Notes under the pieces: model-generated
Database searches by the model: none
Seen by the model: the letters and a program-made list of their open reading frames with translations, nothing else
Told to the model about the DNA's origin: nothing
Source: Hydrolagus colliei
Lineage: Eukaryota
NCBI GenBank assembly: GCA_035084275.1
Contig: CM068779.1
Span: 1,488,001 to 1,552,000, forward strand
DNA length: 64,000 nt
Direction: 5' to 3'
Program-made: the position numbers and the translations under genes
Shown: positions 57,423 to 64,000 of the stretch, piece by piece
Numbering within the stretch: position 1 is the stretch's first letter
Layout: every line of letters starts with the position of its first letter

Positions 57423-57499
57423 CTGTAAATAGAATGATAATAGAATCATACAATTATTAACCAATTGTTATCCTGAACTAGGGAAATTCACTCTCAGGT

Positions 57500-58010
57500 C
57501 AGGGTGATTTACAGCCTCCATCCCCTCTTTCAAAGTCACCTCAACACGTACCTCTTTGTCAAGATTATCCCCCTCCCAGCGAAGTACATACACCCTCATC
57601 CCCAGTACCAGGCTTATCCGGTGAAACTATTTGGGATGTCCTCCTGACTAAACCAAAAGGCAATTTAGAAACCCATCACCATGATTAAAAGCCACCAAAC
57701 CAGGAGGAGAATGCATGCATCCCACCTACACATGGAAATTCCCAGAGATAGATTATTTGAATGTAATGTGCTGCCTAGAATGTGCGTTGGGGTAACTACC
57801 GGAATCTGACCAGGTAAACCAACATGGCTTAGCCAAGCTACACAGCTTTCCCGCTGCTTCTCAAGCCAGGACCATGTTTCCCATTAGCACCTTGGCTTGC
57901 AGGATTAACAGCAGCTGAGTGGGAGGATTCCCTTCCACTGATGACTGGTCTGTCCTTCCAGGTCCTGGAGATCAAACCCAGGTCTCCAGCTTGTGAGATG
58001 AGTGCTTCCC
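57500..58010 (-). mobile_element. ~500-bp unclassified element with a tRNA-like head
   Basis: Related copies at ~36545-36995 and ~34495-35330 (interrupted), and inverted at 58925-59458. Confidence 0.6.
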
Positions 58011-58924
58011 GCTATTGTGAAGCTCTGATATGCCGTCTGGCATGGAGGGCCCTATATAAATCCAAGTTTTGTTGTTGAGCTACAGGACTCCATTTAATAA
58101 CACTAATAATCCTTGAATTTGATATAGTCCATCTGCTCTCGTGTTAGAAAATATCAGTATTATTCGATACTGTTGATTATTATTTTGTCTCCGGAATTGG
58201 GTGGTAGTTAAAATAGTTGGTTAATTATGAATAGCTGTAGTGAGTTGGTATGCTGACAGTTTGCAGAGTGGTTAGACAAGTAACAAACCACAATGTCTGA
58301 GGTGCAAACATCAAAGGTTGTGCTTGCATAGTGGCCAGACACATCAAAACACATTGTCACAGGCAGGATGCTAAAGATAAAGGTGATAATACCAAGACCT
58401 CTGAGACGCCATCCAGCGTGGAGGGCGCTATATAAATTGAAGTTGTTGTTGTTGACCATAGGGAAAACTAACTGGTGGCCAAGTGGAAACAGGGTAACAC
58501 TTATACAAAGCAATACTGTTTAGCACTATAAAGGATAATCCACAATCAGAATTGTCACTTTACAGTATATTCTGTGCACTTTGAGACGTCTAGTAGATGT
58601 GAAAAGCGCAATATCAAATACAAGGATTATTATTGTTGTTGTAGTATTTATACTATCTTGTTAAACACTAAAACTGAACCCCATCCCCACCTCTCTCCTC
58701 ACCTCCCAGCTCCACCTCATGGCTCGTCTCCTAATCAACATCATCAATCTCTACTTATCCACCGGCACTGTTCCCATCCCTCTGAAAACAATTGTCGTCA
58801 CACCCACCCTGAAAAAACCTTCCCTGGACCTATCCCTCCTCTCCTCCCCATCTCCAACCTTCCATTGCTCTCATGATGTAATGTCCCAGCTTTGCTCATT
58901 TCTTTTTTGCCAGTCCCTCTTTGA

Positions 58925-59458
58925 ACTCCTAGAGCACTCACCTCACAAGCTGCAGACCTGGGTTTGATCTCCAGGACCTGGAAGGACAGACCAGTCACTA
59001 GTGGAAGGGAATCCTCCCACTCAGCTGCTGTTAATCCTGCAAGCCAAGGTCCTAATGGGAAAGGTGGTCCTGGCTTGAGAAGCAGCGGGAAAGCTTGCTG
59101 TGTAGCTTGGCCAAGCTATGTGGGTTTACCTGGTCAAATTCCAGTAGTTACCCCAACGCACATTCTGGGCAGCACATTACATTCAAATAATCTATCTCTG
59201 GGAATTTCCATGTGTAGGTGGGATGCGTGCAATTCTCCTCCTGGTTTGGTGGCTTTTAATCATGGTGATGGATTTCGAAATTGCCTTTGGTTTAGCGCCT
59301 TTCACGTCAGGAGGACGTCCCAAATAGTTTCACCGGATAAGCCTGGTCCTGGGGATGAGGGTGTGTGTACGACTCTGGGAGGGGGAAAAGTCTTGGCAAA
59401 GAGGTACATGTTGAGGTGACCTTGAAAGAGGGAATGGAGGCTGTATGTCACCGTGAAC
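58925..59458 (+). mobile_element. Inverted copy of the same ~500-bp element
   Basis: Reverse complement of 57500-58010; ORF 58964-59419 resembles ORF 36604-36924. Confidence 0.65.
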
Positions 59459-59910
59459 TTCCTAAATTAACAAGGCTAATATTTTGTTCATCAGGTACTT
59501 TGTCAAGCTTTGAATAGTCTTATTAATACTCTCAGTTGATCACATGAACTATGTTTGTTTTACATTTGTTCCATATATCCGCATTCACTTTATAGATTGA
59601 CATATTTCCTGATTTCCTCTAGTTCCGTCCTCCTGACGTGAAAGGCGCTCTATAAATGTAATTTGTTGTTGTGTTGTTGTTCCTAATTTCTTACTCTGTA
59701 ATCACATGCGCTAGCCACATCAATAATACAGTACTGCATTCATACATATCAATATAATTGTTGTTATAATTGTTGGCACTAGTCTTCATGCATATAATAC
59801 ATGATCCCATCCATTTCATTCTGAGAGTATCTTGAATGCTTTTGGCATTCCTTTTTTTATTTGTCAAACCCAAATACAATGTTGTGGGGTCAGCCTGGCA
59901 TCTAAACTCC

Positions 59911-60435
59911 AGAGATAAAGAAACCCGGAAACAGAGACACAGAGAAACCTGGAGACAGAGACACGGACAAACCCAGAAACATAGACACAGAGAAATATAG
60001 ATACAGAGAAACCCAGAAACATAGACACAGAGAAACATAGACACAGAGACACAGAGAAACAGAGAAACATAGACACAGAGAAACCTGGAGACAGAGACAC
60101 AGAAAAACGGAGACACAGAGAAACCTGGAGACAGAGACACAGAGAAACCTGGAAACGTAGACACAGAAACATAGACACAGAGAAACCAGGCAACATACAA
60201 CAACAACAAAATTACATTGATAGAGCATAGACATAGAGAAACATAGACACAGAGGAACCTGGAAACGTAGACATAGAGAAATGGAGAAACATAGACACAG
60301 GGGAACATAGACAGAGTGAAACTCAAAAATATAAACACAGAGAAACATAGCAGCAAGAAACAAAGGACACAGGGAAACAGAAATATAGGACACAGAGAAA
60401 CACAGACACAGAGAAACCCAGAATCATAGACACAG
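59911..60435. repeat. Degenerate purine-rich minisatellite (gacacagagaaacata / gacacagagaaacctgga variants)
   Basis: Many 16-20 bp variant units, interrupted by an L2-type tail at ~60195-60225. Confidence 0.9.
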
Positions 60436-60844
60436 GATTCCATCCCTGATCCCCTCCTCTTCAATCTCTATATGGTACCACAAGGTGATGTCATCCACAG
60501 ATATAATCAGCTTCCATTCTCAAAAAGCAATTTGCCAAAGTCTAACAAGCGAGGGTTCCTATTTACTGCAAGGTAAAAAGAAGTGTGTGGAGTAAGGAAA
60601 CTTGCCCAATGTTACACCCTGTCGGGAATCGAACATGGTTCACTTGACATCCAAGAGAAAATACATTTTGCTTTTCATCCTAACCAAATGTGTACGTTCT
60701 GCAGTACAGCATTTATAATATAATTCTGGTGTCAATCTAGAATATTCCAGGACAGTATTTTTAACTGGATACTCACTGTCCATATCATCTTCATTAATTG
60801 GCAAGCATGCTATCAATAACTTTTCTGCTGTGTTCACCAACATA

Positions 60845-61625
60845 TAACAACAACAAAATTACAACTGTTTAGCGCCTTTCAAGTTGGGAGGACATCCCAA
60901 GCCGCTGGACAGTCATTTTTTCCGACCCGAGCTGGGGTCAGGGACAGGGAGGGTGGAGGGAAAAGGTGGCAGTTGGGGTGACCGATGCAACCGTCGAAGA
61001 GGAGGGTCTTGATGGGGACTTGCGAGGGGACGAGGCTGAGGGACTGCGGGATGGAGTTCCAGAGGTTGGGGGCAGAGTGACTGATGGCTTGCTTTCCAAT
61101 GGTGGGGTGGGTGTGTCGGGGTTCTTGGAGCCGGCCGAAGCGGGTTGGTAGGGGATTAGGACGTCGCAGATTGGGGTGGAGCAGGTGGTAGGGGACTAGG
61201 AGGTTGCAGATGTAGGGTTGGGCGAGGCCATGGAGGGCTTTGAATGTGAGGAGCAAGTTCTTGAATTGGATCCTCTGGGTGATGGGGAGCAATGGAGTTG
61301 GGCAAGGATGGGAGAGATGGTGTCACGGGGTTTGGAGTGATAGGGGACACAATCTGCAGAGTTCTGGATTATCAGCAATCTATTGAGGGCAGAATTGGGA
61401 AGGCCAATAAGCACGATATTGGTGTAGTGGAGGTCGGGATGTGATTTACGCGTGAATGAGGGTTTCAGCAGCCTTGGGGGTGAGGTAATGGTGGAGTCGG
61501 GCAATATTGTGGAGGGAGGGAAGGCAGAATGGATCATGGCTTGGATGTGGGGAAGGAAAGACAGTTGAGGATCTAACAAGACTCCTAATTCCTGACTGAC
61601 TTGGTGAGGTTAAGTGTGCAATCAT
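60845..61625 (-). mobile_element. L2 fragment
   Basis: LPITQRIQFKNLLLTFKALHGLA; tail. Confidence 0.85.
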
Positions 61626-61832
61626 GGAGGTAGCTGCTGCCTGATGCTTATGCTCATGCCTGATGATTAAAACAATTTGCAATTAAATAGTGCCCTTCAC
61701 ACGGGGTAGTGTTTCAAAGAGTTCAACTCCCTGACAAAACACTATAAAGGAAATCTACTTTGAGATGTCCTTCCAAAATGAAAAGTTCTATATATCAAAT
61801 TGCAAGATCCTTCTTATTATTAATAATCATTT

Positions 61833-62260
61833 GCCATCGTGGCTCAGTGGTAGCACTCTAACTCTGAGTCAGAAGGTTGTGTCCCACTTCAGGGATTGAA
61901 GTCATATTGTCTCAGATGACACTGCAAAGCTGTGCTGAGGTTTGGTTGCACTCTATTTATTGGAAGTGCCGTCCTATGGATGAGATGTTAAACTGAGATC
62001 CTGTCGGCCTGTTCAGGTAGATACTAAACAACTCCTGATAAAGAGAAGTGAATTTCTCCTAGTGTCCTGGCCAACAAGCCCCCAAATCAAATCGGTTATT
62101 AATTTCATGGCTGTTTGGGGCACATTGCTGTATGTGATTGTGCTGCTGTGTTTGCCTCCAGATACACAATCTCTCCACTTCGTAGGAATGTGATGTACTT
62201 TGAGCTGGCCTTCCAGTGTGATAAGGCGCTACACCAAAGGCAAGGATTATTATTATTATT
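61833..62260 (+). mobile_element. Decayed tRNA-derived DeuSINE (SacSINE1-like)
   Basis: Head gtggctcagtggtagcactc..gagtcagaaggttg, Deu-like core, L2-like tail; family assignment from recall, not a search. Confidence 0.65.
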
Positions 62261-62699
62261 TAATTACAGTTTAAATTGTTATCTAGAGGTAAGTTCTGAA
62301 TGATGGTCAGCCAGACCAATAATACAGCCATTAATCTTACTTTTCTCAGTATGTTTAAGCATTCTTTTGTAGGAGGCTAATATTTTGTTCCCTGGGTACT
62401 TCGTCAAGCTATTTGTGAATATTCCAATTAATATTCCCAGTTGCACTGAAGATTATAGGAACTATGTTTGTTTTACATTGTCACAAATGTCTGCAATCAA
62501 ATTGTAGATTGATATATTTCCTGATTTTCTTTTTTTTTCACGCAATGAGTTGTTCGAATCTGGAATGCATTGCCTGAAAGAGTGGTGGAGGTTGATTGGA
62601 TAACTTTAAGAGAGTGGTTATCTGGGGAGGATAAGTTTGCGGGCTTATGCGGAGAGAGCCGGGGAGTGGGATTGACTTTGAATAGCCACATTATTCTAC

Positions 62700-63400
62700 A
62701 TACATAATACATAATAACAACAACTTGGATGTATATAGCGCCCTGCACCCCGAAAGGAATCTCAGAGCGCTTCCCAATAACGGAGCCCGGGGCCGAGCCA
62801 GTGAGAGGGGGAAGTCAGTGACCAAAAGCTTGATCGATAAGAAAGGTGTTTATCCAAGACCTGAGGTAGGAAGAGAGGGGGCAAGATGAAGGAAGTGAAG
62901 AAGGGAGTTCCAGAGCCTCGGGGCGTAGTGGCTGAAGGCATGGCAACCGATGGTAGTGCGGAGGATTCGGGGGACAAGGAGGCGGCCAGATCAGGTGGAG
63001 CGAATGTAATGGGTGCTGTTGTGAGGAGAGAGGAGGTCAGAGATGTAAGTGTAGCAGAGTGGAGGGATTTAAATACAAGTGTGATGCCTCGGTTCCATAC
63101 GGGTTCGGGTAGGTGGAGGAGTTGGGAACCATTTGACTGAAGATGTTGATGAGAACCAAAGAGTATGGCTTCTGTCATATCAACATTTAGCGAAAGGAAA
63201 TTTGCGCTCATCCAGCCCATGATGGCTGACACAACATCAGGGGACTAGGGGGTCGCAAAGTGAGGTGGAAAAATTTAGTTGGGTGTCATCCGCATACACG
63301 TAGAAGTATTCCTGTGTCTGTGGATGACATCCCCAAGAGGGAGCATATAAATTAGGAAGAGGAGAGGGCCAAGGATCCTTGGGGTACCTGACAGGTAACT
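62700..63400 (-). mobile_element. L2 fragment
   Basis: Reverse-strand YADD region (gtgtcatccgcatac) and 3' tail. Confidence 0.8.
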
Positions 63401-63598
63401 GGGTGAGAGCGGAAGGAAAGGCCGTTTGTGTTGGCGGTTTGTGAGGTAGGACTCAAGCCAGACTCAAACCAGGCGAGTGCGGTCCCACTGATAATACTAC
63501 ATTATTATATATAGTTATACGTATTGGCACTAGTGTTTGTGCCTATGCTGCTTAATCCCATACACTCTATTCTGAAAGTAATTTGAAAGCTTTTGAAA

Positions 63599-64000
63599 GT
63601 GGCAATTTTAGTTAAGGACTCAGTGACTGCCTTAGAAAGGAACGAGGTGGAAGAAGGACTAAAAACCGAATCTATCTGGTTAGAAATGAGGAATAAAAAA
63701 GGTGCAGTTACACTGTTAGGGGTATACTATAGACCACCAAATAGTGGGGAGGAGATAGACAAGCAGATCTGCAAGCGTATCACGGAGAAATGCAGAACTA
63801 ATAGAGTAGTGATAATGGGTGACTTCAACTATCCCAACATAGACTGGCAGAATAGTAGAGTAAAGGGCAAGGAGGGAGAAGAATTCCTGAAGTGTGTGCA
63901 GGACAACTTTCTTGATCAGTATGTTTCCAGTCCAACGAGGAAAGAAGCATTGCTGGATCTAGTTTTGGGAAATGAGGTAGGGCAAGTTCAACAGGTTTCT
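63599..64000 (+). mobile_element. CR1 LINE ORF2 APE endonuclease region, open to the window edge
   Basis: 134 stop-free codons: VAILVK..ESIWLEMRNKKG..LGVYYRPPN..VIMGDFNYPNIDW..LLDLVLGNE. Confidence 0.9.

Noticed and set aside
59691-60464. 257/163/110-aa Cys/Val/Ser/Phe-rich ORFs
   Set aside because: Products of the minisatellite lacking stops on that strand; no domain signature.

Overview
Vertebrate genomic DNA, probably a cartilaginous fish (inferred from DeuSINE/SacSINE1-like, L2 and CR1 repeats). The window holds a minus-strand tandem cluster of CEACAM-like Ig receptors, which I rebuilt by hand from splice sites and phases; most signalling exons are absent from the ORF track. Gene 1 (26533->685, 15 exons, ~975 aa) is leader, Cys-less IgV N domain, 8 alternating A/B IgC2 domains, TM and an inhibitory-type tail (TEYATV, IVYAQP, TDYAEL). 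Gene 2 (47490->29509, 12 exons, ~765 aa) has an almost identical leader-N-A1-B1-A2-B2 ectodomain but a different TM and a tail with YENV plus a canonical ITAM (YTTL-x7-YSDL) split across two mini-exons. Gene 3 (57422->50481) is the 3' half of a second ITAM gene. Together they look like paired inhibitory/activating receptors, with gene 2 made as a chimera by a very recent ~20.97 kb tandem duplication. Differences between genes concentrate around the N exon and in the membrane-proximal B exon. The rest is L2/CR1 LINE fragments, tRNA-derived SINEs, hAT MITEs and tandem repeats. A collapsed-haplotype or false-duplication assembly artefact cannot be excluded from sequence alone.
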